DNA of 64,000 bases from NCBI GenBank assembly GCA_965237675.1, contig OZ250150.1, positions 3,968,001 through 4,032,000 of the forward strand. The letters are read 5' to 3'. The translations under genes were made by a program, and so were the position numbers. Each line of letters begins with the position of its first letter. Positions within the stretch are counted from its first letter, which is position 1. The notes beneath the pieces are model-generated. The model was given only the letters and a program-made list of their open reading frames with translations. It had not been told where the DNA came from and did not search any database. This document shows positions 38,553 to 48,302 of this stretch, one piece after another. The stretch is from Candidatus Latescibacterota bacterium. GTDB lineage: Bacteria; Latescibacterota; UBA2968; GCA-2709665.

Positions 38553-40356
38553 CCAGAGGCATCTTTACGACAGTTGGTCTGCCATGCGGGCAGATGAACG
38601 GTTCCCGGGTTGCGAACAGACGATCGATCAGCGCCCGCATCTCCCTTGGTGAGAGCTTCTTTCCCGTTGGGATGGCCGTGTACCGGGCATAGGCGGCCGC
38701 CAATCGATGCTCCAGCGGAGAAACGACGTTCTGGCGGCCAACCGGGACCGAAGACCGGCGCTCCTTGTCGGTCAAATCACCGACAATCTCTCGAAGAAGC
38801 CGCCCGTCTTCCCATACTTTCAGTTCCACGGGAATGGCATCCACGACCACGGTATTGCCGCCGAAATCCCGTACGCCGAAGCCCATGGCTTCCAACAGCG
38901 GCATTGCCTCTCGCACCGTCTGGATCTGCCGCAAACCAAAGTCAAGCGTGACCGGAAATAGAAGTCGCTGGCCCATGCCGGCGTTTGCTTTAAAGCAATC
39001 CAGTGTCTGTTCGTAGATCATCCGCTGGTGGGCCAGGTGCTGATCGACGAAAATCAGGCCGTTCTTGATATGCGCCAGGACATATTTGTCGTGTGCCTGC
39101 CAGACCGAGACCTGATCGACCATTTCCTCGTCGGTCAGTTCCGCATCATCCTCTGCGCCCGCTTGCTTTTCGTGGCTCTCGGCCTTTTTGTTGACGGTCA
39201 GGGCAAGCGCCATTTGCACTTCTTCCAGACCCAGAGGATCCGAAAGATAGGCCTCGGGTTCCACGAGCGCGTCCGCGACGCCACCGGCCGTTTCAGACGT
39301 GGCGGACGTGGCCCCGTTTGTGAGAAACACCGGTGCGGCAATGCCGCTGGCCACCTCCGGTATCAGGTCCTCCTCCCTCAAACATGCGCGTACAACTTCG
39401 GCAACCGCATCGTAAACCGTGGTCTCGTCCGCGAAACGCACTTCCCGCTTGGTGGGATGCACATTGACATCGAGACGGGAGGGATCCAACTCCAGAAGCA
39501 GGGCAAAGGTGGGGTGGAAGCCCTTGACGAGCAGACCGCCAAAGCCGTCGTGCACGGCGTGGGTCACTGCCCTGTCTCGTACCCAGCGACCGTTGACGAC
39601 CATCGCCTGTTGCGCACCCGACTTACGCGCCAGTTCCGGCCTGCCGGCAAACCCCCAGACGCGAATACCGTGCCGGTCACCTTCCAGAAAAACGGCGTCC
39701 TGACCCAGTTGAACGCCGAATATCGCCTCCAGCCGATGTTGACGTTCGGACCTCCCCAGGTTCAGGATTTCACGCCCGTTGTGAGAAAGCACAAATGCAA
39801 TGGAAGGATAGGCCAACGCCAGCCCCGTCAGGGCGTCCGCTACGTGTTTGAATTCGGTCTCCACACCCTTAAGAAACTTTCGCCTTGCTGGTACATTAAA
39901 AAACAGCCCGTGCACCGCGATGGTTGTGCCCCTGTCCCGGCCTGTGGACATGACGTCGCGCACCCGACCGCTTTCGACGCGCACGCGTGTGCCCTGCAGT
40001 TCCTCTACATGGCGGGTCTCAATGACCATTCGGGACACCGACGCAATACTCGGAAGCGCCTCCCCACGAAACCCCAGCGTACGGAGCGTACGCAGATCCG
40101 AAAGATCGGAAATTTTACTCGTGGCGTACCGCTCCAGGGCCAACAGGGCGTCGTCACGAGACATCCCGCAGCCGTTGTCGCTGACCCGTATGGTCTCTTT
40201 GCCGCCGCCGGCCACTTCAGCCACAATGCGGTCCGCGCCTGCATCGATGGCGTTTTCCACCAGTTCCTTCACCACAGAACCCGGCCGCTCCACGGCTTCA
40301 CCCGCGGCGATACGATTGGCGATTTCGTCGGGTAGAATGCGGATCCGATTGGGCAT
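38524..40356 (-). CDS. mutL: DNA mismatch repair endonuclease MutL
   Basis: IAAGEAVERP, GFRGEALPSI, DVNVHPTK, DQHLAHQR, CPHGRP. Confidence 0.97.
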   Translation of the reverse strand: MPNRIRILPDEIANRIAAGEAVERPGSVVKELVENAIDAGADRIVAEVAGGGKETIRVSDNGCGMSRDDALLALERYATSKISDLSDLRTLRTLGFRGEALPSIASVSRMVIETRHVEELQGTRVRVESGRVRDVMSTGRDRGTTIAVHGLFFNVPARRKFLKGVETEFKHVADALTGLALAYPSIAFVLSHNGREILNLGRSERQHRLEAIFGVQLGQDAVFLEGDRHGIRVWGFAGRPELARKSGAQQAMVVNGRWVRDRAVTHAVHDGFGGLLVKGFHPTFALLLELDPSRLDVNVHPTKREVRFADETTVYDAVAEVVRACLREEDLIPEVASGIAAPVFLTNGATSATSETAGGVADALVEPEAYLSDPLGLEEVQMALALTVNKKAESHEKQAGAEDDAELTDEEMVDQVSVWQAHDKYVLAHIKNGLIFVDQHLAHQRMIYEQTLDCFKANAGMGQRLLFPVTLDFGLRQIQTVREAMPLLEAMGFGVRDFGGNTVVVDAIPVELKVWEDGRLLREIVGDLTDKERRSSVPVGRQNVVSPLEHRLAAAYARYTAIPTGKKLSPREMRALIDRLFATREPFICPHGRPTVVKMPLDEIDRQFSR

Positions 40357-40475
40357 GTCCGATAAGCCTGCCTTTGCAGCAGTGCCAGAAAAAACGCCGA
40401 GTCACACGATTCAGCTTTGACTTCGTATCGTGCCGAAGATTCCCGGACACAGGAAACCGAAAGCCGCGACGGGTC

Positions 40476-41876
40476 TCACAAACGCGCGTTCGGCCCCGTG
40501 CCGTTACTCCCGATCAGACCCTGGCGCTTCAACCGGTGGAGCGTACGATCGAATGCGTGGACAACGTGATCCAGATCTACGTCCGTATGCACCGATGCCG
40601 TTAACCCGACCAATCCGTTAAGGTCGACGCCTTCCAGTTGCATCGTGGCACGGAACGCATCCCTCAACGCCGGATCGGGCGCCTTCAGCCTGCGGTAGTC
40701 ATAGGTTCCCCCTGCTATGGCTTCCAGGCTCTGTTCCATGGGTCCGCTTTCGGGCAGGAATTTGACGCCCGAGAAATCTCCGTACACAACCCAGTCCACG
40801 GCGTGGTTCGAAATCACGCCGTTGAGACGGTTGCGCAGGACTTCGCCGTTGCGGTTTGCACGTGCGATGTGTGTTCCGTCTTCGATGGCTTTCAGGGTCA
40901 CAATCCCTGCGGCAGCGGAAACCGGATTGGCGTTAAAGGTGCCCTGGTGGGGCATTTTCCGGCAGGTATCCCATTCGCGGTCTCCCCGAAACGCCAACAG
41001 GTCCATGATATCCCGCCGACCGGCCAGACAGCCTCCCGGAAGTCCGCCCGCCAGAATTTTCGCCAGCGAGGTGAGATCCGGCTTCACGTTGTAGTAGGCC
41101 TGCGCGCCTCCGGGCGAGCATCGAAACCCGGTGATGACTTCGTCAAAGATCAAAAGTACGTCGTGCCGAAGGGTAATCCGTCGCAGTTCTTCCAGAAAAC
41201 CCGGTCGGTGGGGTACCACGCCGAACTGGGCGCCGGTAGGCTCCAGAATGACACAGGCAATATCGTCGTCCCGGTCCAGAATATCCTCGACCTGATCGAT
41301 CCGGTTCGGTGGGCACAGGCAAACGGTATCCGCAACTTCGCGAAGAACGCCGGCGGGCACCGGTTCGTCGAAATGCGGCAGTACACCCACAATAAGGTTG
41401 TCGTGCCAGCCATGAAAGTGGCCGAAAAACTTGAGCACCTTGCGCTTTCCGGTAAACGTCCGCGCCAGCCGAAGCGCCATCAGCGTCGCCTCGGTACCTG
41501 AGCTTGTAAATCGAACGCGTTCAGCAGAGGGGATCAACTTCATGACCCACCCTCCCCAATCCACTTCCAACTCGTGACACGCGCCATAGTGGGTACCACG
41601 CGCCACCTGTTCCGTGACGGCTGCCACCATCTCCGGGTAACAATGACCCAGCAGCAGCGCCCCGTGCCCCATCCAGAGATCCACGTATTCGCGGCCGTCC
41701 ACGTCCCATTTACGCCCAGCCTCGGCACGACTTACGTAAATGGGAAATGGCGCATAGCAGCGCAAGTCGTGAGTGACGCCGCTGGGAAAGATTCGCGACG
41801 CTTTTTCGTAGAGCGCCAGAGACCGGTCCAGGGCCTTTCGGAATTCTCCGTTAATATGCGTAACTGATTCTTCCAC
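40476..41876 (-). CDS. Class III PLP aminotransferase (GSA-aminomutase-like)
   Basis: WDVDGREYVD, RFTSSGTEA, FHGWHD, LIFDEVITGFR, LAKILAGG, HQGTFNANP. Confidence 0.9.
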   Translation of the reverse strand: MEESVTHINGEFRKALDRSLALYEKASRIFPSGVTHDLRCYAPFPIYVSRAEAGRKWDVDGREYVDLWMGHGALLLGHCYPEMVAAVTEQVARGTHYGACHELEVDWGGWVMKLIPSAERVRFTSSGTEATLMALRLARTFTGKRKVLKFFGHFHGWHDNLIVGVLPHFDEPVPAGVLREVADTVCLCPPNRIDQVEDILDRDDDIACVILEPTGAQFGVVPHRPGFLEELRRITLRHDVLLIFDEVITGFRCSPGGAQAYYNVKPDLTSLAKILAGGLPGGCLAGRRDIMDLLAFRGDREWDTCRKMPHQGTFNANPVSAAAGIVTLKAIEDGTHIARANRNGEVLRNRLNGVISNHAVDWVVYGDFSGVKFLPESGPMEQSLEAIAGGTYDYRRLKAPDPALRDAFRATMQLEGVDLNGLVGLTASVHTDVDLDHVVHAFDRTLHRLKRQGLIGSNGTGPNARL

Positions 41877-41999
41877 AGTTAATTATCTCTTTTCTTTGAT
41901 GGAGTTATCTCGGTTCCGCCGAAAGGGTTCGCGCGAGTCAGGGGTCACGAGTGGAAAAATAATGAACAACCAGAAAAAAGCAACCCGCAAAATATACTG

Positions 42000-44051
42000 T
42001 CATGCCTGGGCCGCCAGTGGGTAAGAAAACGTTCGGTCGGCCTCAATGTCTGTCAGATCCGGAGCATCTTCCGACAAAACCCAGAGGTGCCGTTCCGTCC
42101 CCGCGTGCACCCGGAATTCCCCGGCAGGGTCACGAGAACCGACCGCATCCACCCGACTGACCGCGGGGTCGTTGTCCCAGTGATGCACGAGCGCAACAAA
42201 GGTTGTCTTGCGGGCAATCCTGCGGCGGATGAGTATATCACCGGTCTTGGATGCGGGTTGCAACGGCGCTTCTCCCCTGATGATTCGTTCACCGGTTTCT
42301 TCCAGGAGGAAGATTCCCACCCCAACCCCCGGCAAGCGCCATTGTAACGCGGCCATTCCTTCGGGTACGAATGCGATCGGCTGCCGGATATGGGCATATC
42401 CATCGCCCGAAAGCGCAACCGATTCTCCAACCGACAGACCGGTCTGCATGCAGCGATCGGCCTGATATCTGCAGACCCAATCCATCTGGCATTCCTGCGG
42501 CGCCTCAACGTGAAACACATCCCAGAAGTACGAATCCGTCCACAAGATAACCCGCCGCATCGCGATCCCGGCATACGGGGCATTCTCCCATGAAACGCGG
42601 GCGTCGACCACCTGGAAGCCACCCTCTCGCCGTTCATCAAAATTCACAAGCCGCCCGTCCGCCGGTGGCTGGGAGATGCCGTTTACAATCACGGTGTTAT
42701 GGCTGAGTGTCTGTCGGTACCAGCTTTCGTTCATGCCAACGCCATACCCCGGCGTACCCAGATCGGTAGCCACCGGAGACCCCCGCACGTAGAACGAGAT
42801 CGAGAGTTTGTCCGGATGTCCGTGTCCGCCGCCGTGCGGGCCGTACTTGAGCAGCACGCAGCTTTGCCGATCGAGCGCCTTCCCCGATCTCAGGATGGCC
42901 ATTCCCGACGGTTTCAGAACGGTGCTCCCCGCGATGAGTCCGCCGCCGGATTCCGGTAGAACTTCCCCGTACAGAAGCGCCTCCAGGGCGGTTCGTGGCC
43001 GCCCCGAATAGTTTTGTTCAAGTACCCGGGCGAAAACCGACTCCCGATACCACCCGTACGCCACCTCGTAAAAAGACTCCGACGGCGGCACGCCGTGGCA
43101 GACATCCGACAACAGCGAAGAGAAGAACCAGCAGTCGTTGGTGGCGGGAAGCCTGAAATCGGGAAACGCCAGCGACACCGGCGCCCGGAACATTGCCTTT
43201 AGCCGGTCGTGGTCATGCAGGTCCCCAACGTTGTTCTCCGAAACCTGGACCTGAGCAATCAGCGCGGCGAGGGTATAAAAATGGTAACTGGAAGATCCCT
43301 CCCACCACAATCCGTCGTCCAGAACACCCTCCCGCAACTGGTGGTAAAACCCGAAGGTGTCCTCCAGGGCCACCTTCTGGAAATTTGCGTCGTCCAGGGC
43401 GATTCCAACGGCCGCTATCGCTGCATTGTGCCAGCATTCAATGTTGTGAATGCGGTGGAACTTCTGGCCCTGGATGTGCTCCGCAGCCACCGCGAGCAGG
43501 TTCGTTTCGATCAGCGTCCGCTGGCTTGGCGTGAGGGCTTCCCGGACAAGATCGTAAGCCTTTGCCATGGGGATCAACCACACCGCCTCGTCCAATGAGT
43601 GGTTTGCCACCTTGCCCCAGCCATAGGGCAATTCACGTTCAATCGGATACCCCGGATAACGTTCCGCGTAGGCCAGCAGAATGTCTCTACATCTGGCGAA
43701 ATAGGCTCCGTTCGCATCCAACTGCCACATTAACGCCAGTCTGAACGCCATCGTGGACAGCCGATTGTTGACGAACCAGCGCCATGCGGAATCGTACGGC
43801 TCGCCTGAAAAGACCCGTCCGTCCCTGGGACATCGATGGGCGCGCGGCGATCCGGCGTCGAACACAAGCTCGACCGCGTGATCCGGGCAAAAGTAGTTGT
43901 GGTAGTATCCTGCCGGACGGTCCTGAGGTTGCATTTTTTCGTCAAGGAAGGCCTTCGCCTCACTCTCCAGTCGACGGTAGGCATGGACGAATGCCGGATG
44001 CGTCCGCCGTTCCCTTGCCATTGCCAGACGATTGTCCGGTATCAGTTTCAT
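42000..44051 (-). CDS. Heparinase II/III-like polysaccharide lyase (oligoalginate lyase-like)
   Basis: HSLDEAVWL, IHNIECWH, WWEGSSSYHFY, GGGHGHPDKL, WYRQTLSHNT. Confidence 0.85.
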   Translation of the reverse strand: MKLIPDNRLAMARERRTHPAFVHAYRRLESEAKAFLDEKMQPQDRPAGYYHNYFCPDHAVELVFDAGSPRAHRCPRDGRVFSGEPYDSAWRWFVNNRLSTMAFRLALMWQLDANGAYFARCRDILLAYAERYPGYPIERELPYGWGKVANHSLDEAVWLIPMAKAYDLVREALTPSQRTLIETNLLAVAAEHIQGQKFHRIHNIECWHNAAIAAVGIALDDANFQKVALEDTFGFYHQLREGVLDDGLWWEGSSSYHFYTLAALIAQVQVSENNVGDLHDHDRLKAMFRAPVSLAFPDFRLPATNDCWFFSSLLSDVCHGVPPSESFYEVAYGWYRESVFARVLEQNYSGRPRTALEALLYGEVLPESGGGLIAGSTVLKPSGMAILRSGKALDRQSCVLLKYGPHGGGHGHPDKLSISFYVRGSPVATDLGTPGYGVGMNESWYRQTLSHNTVIVNGISQPPADGRLVNFDERREGGFQVVDARVSWENAPYAGIAMRRVILWTDSYFWDVFHVEAPQECQMDWVCRYQADRCMQTGLSVGESVALSGDGYAHIRQPIAFVPEGMAALQWRLPGVGVGIFLLEETGERIIRGEAPLQPASKTGDILIRRRIARKTTFVALVHHWDNDPAVSRVDAVGSRDPAGEFRVHAGTERHLWVLSEDAPDLTDIEADRTFSYPLAAQA

Positions 44052-44323
44052 TAAACGTCCTCCACGTTACCAATGGCCGGTTGCCACATTGCCGGTCGGA
44101 CCTTATCTTACTGAGGTATTAAGCCGAAAGTGTTCTGTCACGGAGATAGATTGCCGAAATTCGGCCGCCGAGACGGGATGAATCGGCCTGCCTGTGCGTG
44201 CTGTCTCACGCACGCAGACAGGCGGAAGAATGGCGACATATTTCCGGGACAGGACACGAGTTCCCCGAGGCTTCGCACCGTACGCGAGCTACCTTTGAAA
44301 TCGCGTCTTCACCGGGTTTTAAT

Positions 44324-44942
44324 ATGCCCGACACGATACCTGAGATTCTGATACCGGCCGATGAAATCCAGGAAAAGGTGTGTCAACTCGGCGCCCGGAT
44401 CTCGTCCGACTTCCGCTCCGAGGTCGCTGTCTGTCCGGAGGGCGGTACAGCGCAGGACGATCGACGGGCGGATGAGACACAACGAACGCTCATCCTCACG
44501 GGCGTTCTCAAAGGCGCCCTCTTTTTTCTTGCGGATCTGGCCCGGGAAATCTCCGTTCCCGTCGAGATCGAATATATGTCCGTATCGAGCTATGGGAAAT
44601 CGACGCGAAGTTCCGGGGTTGTGCGGATCCTTAAGGATCTCGATCGGGATATCGCCGGTGCAGATGTGCTCCTTGTGGAGGATATCGTGGATACGGGACT
44701 TACGCTGGACTATCTTCTGCGCATCCTCGAACCCCGGCGCCCCCCGGAGCCTGAAAGTCTGCAGCCTGCTGGAAAAACCCGCCCGTCGAATGGTGGAAGT
44801 GCCAATCGACTATGTCGGCTTCTCCATCCCGGACGAGTTTGTCGTCGGATATGGACTTGACTCCGACCAGCAATACCGCAATCTTCCTTATATCGCGGCA
44901 TTGAAGAACGTCGACGAGTCGCCCGGCTCGCATTGCACCTGA
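44324..44942 (+). CDS. hpt: Hypoxanthine phosphoribosyltransferase, one-base frameshift in a C6 run
   Basis: [23 protein letters not shown] in one frame; [21 protein letters not shown] in the next; removing one C at 44740-44745 restores the frame. Confidence 0.9.
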
Positions 44943-45010
44943 GCGAGACGACCTGCGGTAGAGAAATTGTCAGATGTCGTGGATGGCGGCGAGCGCGTCC
45001 TGAGTCGCCA

Positions 45011-45040
45011 CCAGGGCGACCACAAGGGTCGCCCCTACAA
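45011..45040 (-). repeat. REP-like palindrome (GTAG family), copy 2
   Basis: Minus strand TTGTAGGGGCGACCCTTGTGGTCGCCCTGG between convergent hpt and UDG genes. Confidence 0.8.
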
Positions 45041-45096
45041 AAACAATATGGGCGCGGACATGCGGAAGAATGGTGACGTATTTACGGAAAAACACA

Positions 45097-45840
45097 CTAA
45101 GTTCCGAGGCTTCCACCTGGTTCCGCCAGCACGCGATTCACGGTCTTGAACAGACTCTCTACCATCTGCTCCGTGAGTGTTCCCGTATTTGTATTGTAAC
45201 GGCTGAAGTGGTAACTGGCAACCAGAATCCGGGAATCTCGGTCGAAACGGTAGGTTTTGCCATGCGCGAACCGGTAGCACCCTACCCGCTCAATGATACC
45301 CTCCGTCCTCAAGAGCCGCAGATAGGCCTCAAACGCGTCTCTCCCCATCGATAGCACAACCCGAATCCGCTTTAACTGCTTCGTTTCCTTTCGCAGCCAG
45401 TCGAGGCATGCGCGTTTCTCACTGCCGTTCGGCCTATTTGCAGGCGGGACGCACTTTACGGCGTTTGTAATGTACACGTTTTTGAGTTTCAGACCGTCGT
45501 TTGGATGAGTGGATCCCGGTTGATTGCTGAATCCGTGACGGTATAATGCCCTGTAGAGCACCTGTCCGGCATAGTCCCCGGTAAACGGTCTGCCGGTACG
45601 GTTCGCCCCACGGGCGCCCGGTGCGAGACCGATGACGAGCAGTTGGCCGGACGCATCGCCGAAACCGGGCACTGGTTTTGCCCAGTAGCCATCGACATTC
45701 TCCCGTTGATCGTCGCCGGAAATGAACGTGGCGCGGTAGTCAACCAGCCGCGCACAGCTGGCGCAGTCTGCAATCTGTTCGAAGAGGAGGCGTTCCGCCC
45801 CCTCGTCCTGCCACACGACGCGACGCGATCTGACGCCCAT
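45097..45840 (-). CDS. Uracil-DNA glycosylase, family 5 (UdgB-like, Fe-S)
   Basis: CASCARL..YR, YWAKPVPGFGD, GLAPGARGANRTGRPFTGD, NAVKCVPPANRP, YHFSRYNT.TG.LT. Confidence 0.9.
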   Translation of the reverse strand: MGVRSRRVVWQDEGAERLLFEQIADCASCARLVDYRATFISGDDQRENVDGYWAKPVPGFGDASGQLLVIGLAPGARGANRTGRPFTGDYAGQVLYRALYRHGFSNQPGSTHPNDGLKLKNVYITNAVKCVPPANRPNGSEKRACLDWLRKETKQLKRIRVVLSMGRDAFEAYLRLLRTEGIIERVGCYRFAHGKTYRFDRDSRILVASYHFSRYNTNTGTLTEQMVESLFKTVNRVLAEPGGSLGT

Positions 45841-46037
45841 TGTGTTGCCTTACGTTCGTAGCGTTTGAAACCCTGATGGGACCACGCATCAAGAGTAACC
45901 ACGCTTCAATCTGCGATGGGAGCGCGGCTCTATAACGGGCATACCGGGCGACCGTTAACGGCGCCAGCCATTATCGGCACCGCGTCCGGGACTCTGATGG
46001 GGATTCCGCTTGCCGGGAAATCGTCCGTGCCGGCCAT

Positions 46038-46071
46038 GAAAAGGAGGCGGCCCCGCGGAAGCCGCCTCCTT
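46038..46071 (-). terminator. Rho-independent terminator after the glutaredoxin gene
   Basis: AAGGAGGCGGC-loop-GCCGCCTCCTT followed by TT on the minus strand. Confidence 0.65.
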
Positions 46072-46103
46072 GAAGATGTTAATATGAGTCCTGACGCTGT
46101 CGG

Positions 46104-46466
46104 CTAGTTTCCCACCCTGTTGTTGAAGAATACCACCTGCTGCGACCGGGCCATTGCCTCGTGTTCCTCGTCGGTGCACGACCTGTCCGTGGGCACATTG
46201 GGGTCGGGGCCCGCCGGCTGGTACCCGCTGCGAACCAGGTAGGCCTCCAATTCGTCTCCGCTGATATCGGCCATGATCTGCCCTTTGAAATCCAGGGTCG
46301 GCTGCAATGGTTGGCCGCTCTTGCGCACCATTTCCTCGTAGTTCTCCGGATAATTGATGATATCTTTGTCTACGTATTCAAGGCCGTATTTGGCCAGCAC
46401 CGCCCGTATGCCACGGCTCCAACCACAGCTCGGCTTGAGATATGCGGTAATTTCCGGACTAGCCAT
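46104..46466 (-). CDS. Monothiol glutaredoxin-like protein
   Basis: YLKPSCGWS, KSGQPLQPTL, DISGDEL; AAGGAG RBS. Confidence 0.85.
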   Translation of the reverse strand: MASPEITAYLKPSCGWSRGIRAVLAKYGLEYVDKDIINYPENYEEMVRKSGQPLQPTLDFKGQIMADISGDELEAYLVRSGYQPAGPDPNVPTDRSCTDEEHEAMARSQQVVFFNNRVGN

Positions 46467-46524
46467 CGGGAACTCTCCTTGTCCTTGAATTAGACACCGG
46501 AACACGTGAATTTATCCTTGAAAT

Positions 46525-46553
46525 AACATAACGAACTTTGCGAGAATTAGCAA
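46525..46553 (-). promoter_or_regulatory. Candidate sigma70 promoter for the glutaredoxin gene
   Basis: TTGCTA-N17-TATGTT in an AT-rich stretch. Confidence 0.45.
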
Positions 46554-46580
46554 GTCCAATCGCCATTCGGCCGGCCCACC

Positions 46581-46722
46581 AGGGATCCTTCGAGCGTCCC
46601 GAGTCGGGAGTATGAGACGGCACTTCGCCAGCTTGCGCCTGACCGTCGCGAAAACCGACAGTTACCTCGGCACAGGTTGGGTAACCGGCGTCTTTCAGGA
46701 AATCCTTCGGGGATCGGTCCCT
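46581..46722. ncRNA. Candidate structured non-coding RNA (family not recognised)
   Basis: Closing helix AGGGATC/GGTCCCT enclosing several hairpins (TCCCG/CGGGA, GTTACC/GGTAAC, GTCG/CGAC, ATCC/GGAT). Confidence 0.35.
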
Positions 46723-46776
46723 CACGTCTGCGCTGCCCGCATCCCGCCCACCACCGGCAGGTTGGCGACACTCGGT

Positions 46777-47079
46777 TTATTCCGCGGCATTCACTGCCTT
46801 GGCAAAGTCGAGGTCGGCCCGGGTGACGGCGTTTTCGCTGTGAGTCGTCACCGTAACCGTGAGGGTCTTGCTCCTGCTGTCCAGATTGATGTCCGAGTGG
46901 TGGTTGTTGCTGTCCATGACCTGTGTAATCGTACGCACAAAGGCCATCGTCGGGACGAATTTCTCGAACTTCCATACCCTCTGAAGCGCCTTGTTTTCAG
47001 GATCATATTCCCAGCCTTCGAGGTCCTTTAACGCCTCCCGTATCTCGTCCTCGGTCACCCCGGTCTTATCCTCGTGCAT
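46777..47079 (-). CDS. Pterin-4-alpha-carbinolamine dehydratase family
   Basis: LEGWEY...LQRVWKFEKF...NHHSDI...TTHS...VT..DLDFA; ATG 47079 with GGGAGG RBS. Confidence 0.9.
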   Translation of the reverse strand: MHEDKTGVTEDEIREALKDLEGWEYDPENKALQRVWKFEKFVPTMAFVRTITQVMDSNNHHSDINLDSRSKTLTVTVTTHSENAVTRADLDFAKAVNAAE

Positions 47080-47228
47080 AGCCGCCTCCCTTGAGAATGA
47101 AAATGATGAATATATCGCATTGAAACCTCGCTCGTAACGCCTGTTCGCGTGACTCCGTGTCAAACGACAACCGGGTTATCCGGGTAAGACCGCGTCACGG
47201 AAGTAATATACCAAATTTCACAGACTGA

Positions 47229-47840
47229 TCAATCCCTGCACCGGATGCCGGCAATCGCCAGCGCGCTCGCGTATTCTTCAGGGGTGTTGATATTCCTCAG
47301 AGATTCCAGTTCAGGATCCACATCTCTTAGTGCGGACCCCGGCACCCGGCGGCAGCAACAATGTTCCGTCAGCATCGTCAGTCTGAGGGTGCCGGCGTCC
47401 AGATTCTCCAGAATAGCGGGGAGCGCCGACACCCGATAAACGGCCGCAAGCGGATGGAGACGGCCTTCTTCATGTGGCACACAGATTTCGGCCTCACCGG
47501 CAAGATGCACCAGGCGGCGTAAAAAACCGGCACGCAAGAAGGGCGCATCGCAGCCGCATACGAACGCGGCTTCGGCCTGCGGGGAAATGGCTTCGAGACC
47601 CGCCGCCAGCCCCTGTAACGGACCCCTGCCCGACACCTGATCCCGGATAATTTCCACGTTCTCGGGAAGGCGTGGCAGTCGCTGCCGAGGCGCTGCGACG
47701 GCCAGTACCGGATGGAGCGTACCGACAAGCACACGAACCACGCGCTGCAGCAGAAATTCTTCCCCGAAGCGCAACCACGCCTTGGACAATCCCATCCGTC
47801 TGCTTCGTCCGCCACAAAGCACGATACCGCCGACTCTCAT
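47229..47840 (-). CDS. mobA: Molybdenum cofactor guanylyltransferase (MobA-like)
   Basis: GIVLCGGRSRRMGLSKA, GPLQGL, CDAPF, HPLAAVY, NINTPEE. Confidence 0.88.
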   Translation of the reverse strand: MRVGGIVLCGGRSRRMGLSKAWLRFGEEFLLQRVVRVLVGTLHPVLAVAAPRQRLPRLPENVEIIRDQVSGRGPLQGLAAGLEAISPQAEAAFVCGCDAPFLRAGFLRRLVHLAGEAEICVPHEEGRLHPLAAVYRVSALPAILENLDAGTLRLTMLTEHCCCRRVPGSALRDVDPELESLRNINTPEEYASALAIAGIRCRD

Positions 47841-47841
47841 T

Positions 47842-48273
47842 TCAGATATCCAGGACAACGAATGCCCGCCACAGCCGGTCGATGCGTTCCACGAGGAACC
47901 GGTGGAGCGTGACGGCCTTCACGTCGACAACCAGATCGTGGCGTTCCATATCCAATTCCTCGCCAACCAGTTCCGCCGACACACCAAAGGTGCCTTCACG
48001 TTTTCGGACGAGGACGTTCACCGGCCGTAACAGAAGCCGCTCGGCATCCTTGTAGAAGATCACTTCCTGCAGAAAATCGAACAGCAGCAGGTCTAGCTCC
48101 TCCGCCTCGAGCTTCACGGATCGACGGTCCTTTAGCGCCAGGGTATCGAGGTCGGCCAACATCACGTTCAACGTGGCTTCGGCGGCCGCGGTAAACAGGG
48201 CCCCGAGGTCGTCACCCCGGGCCTCGAAAGCCACGTCCGCAATCGCGATATCTTCGAGAAACCGATAGGACAA
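47842..48273 (-). CDS. Archease
   Basis: YRFLEDIAIADVAFEARG...LF..AA...DVKAVTLH...VVLDI; probable TTG start at 48273. Confidence 0.92.
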   Translation of the reverse strand: MSYRFLEDIAIADVAFEARGDDLGALFTAAAEATLNVMLADLDTLALKDRRSVKLEAEELDLLLFDFLQEVIFYKDAERLLLRPVNVLVRKREGTFGVSAELVGEELDMERHDLVVDVKAVTLHRFLVERIDRLWRAFVVLDI

Positions 48274-48302
48274 TATTACATCCCTTTCCGGTACAAGCAG
48301 TT

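Noticed and set aside
47093-47111. Fur-box-like sequence GAGAATGAAAATGATGAAT upstream of the pterin dehydratase gene
   Set aside because: Only 13/19 match in an AT-rich patch and not palindromic; too weak alone.
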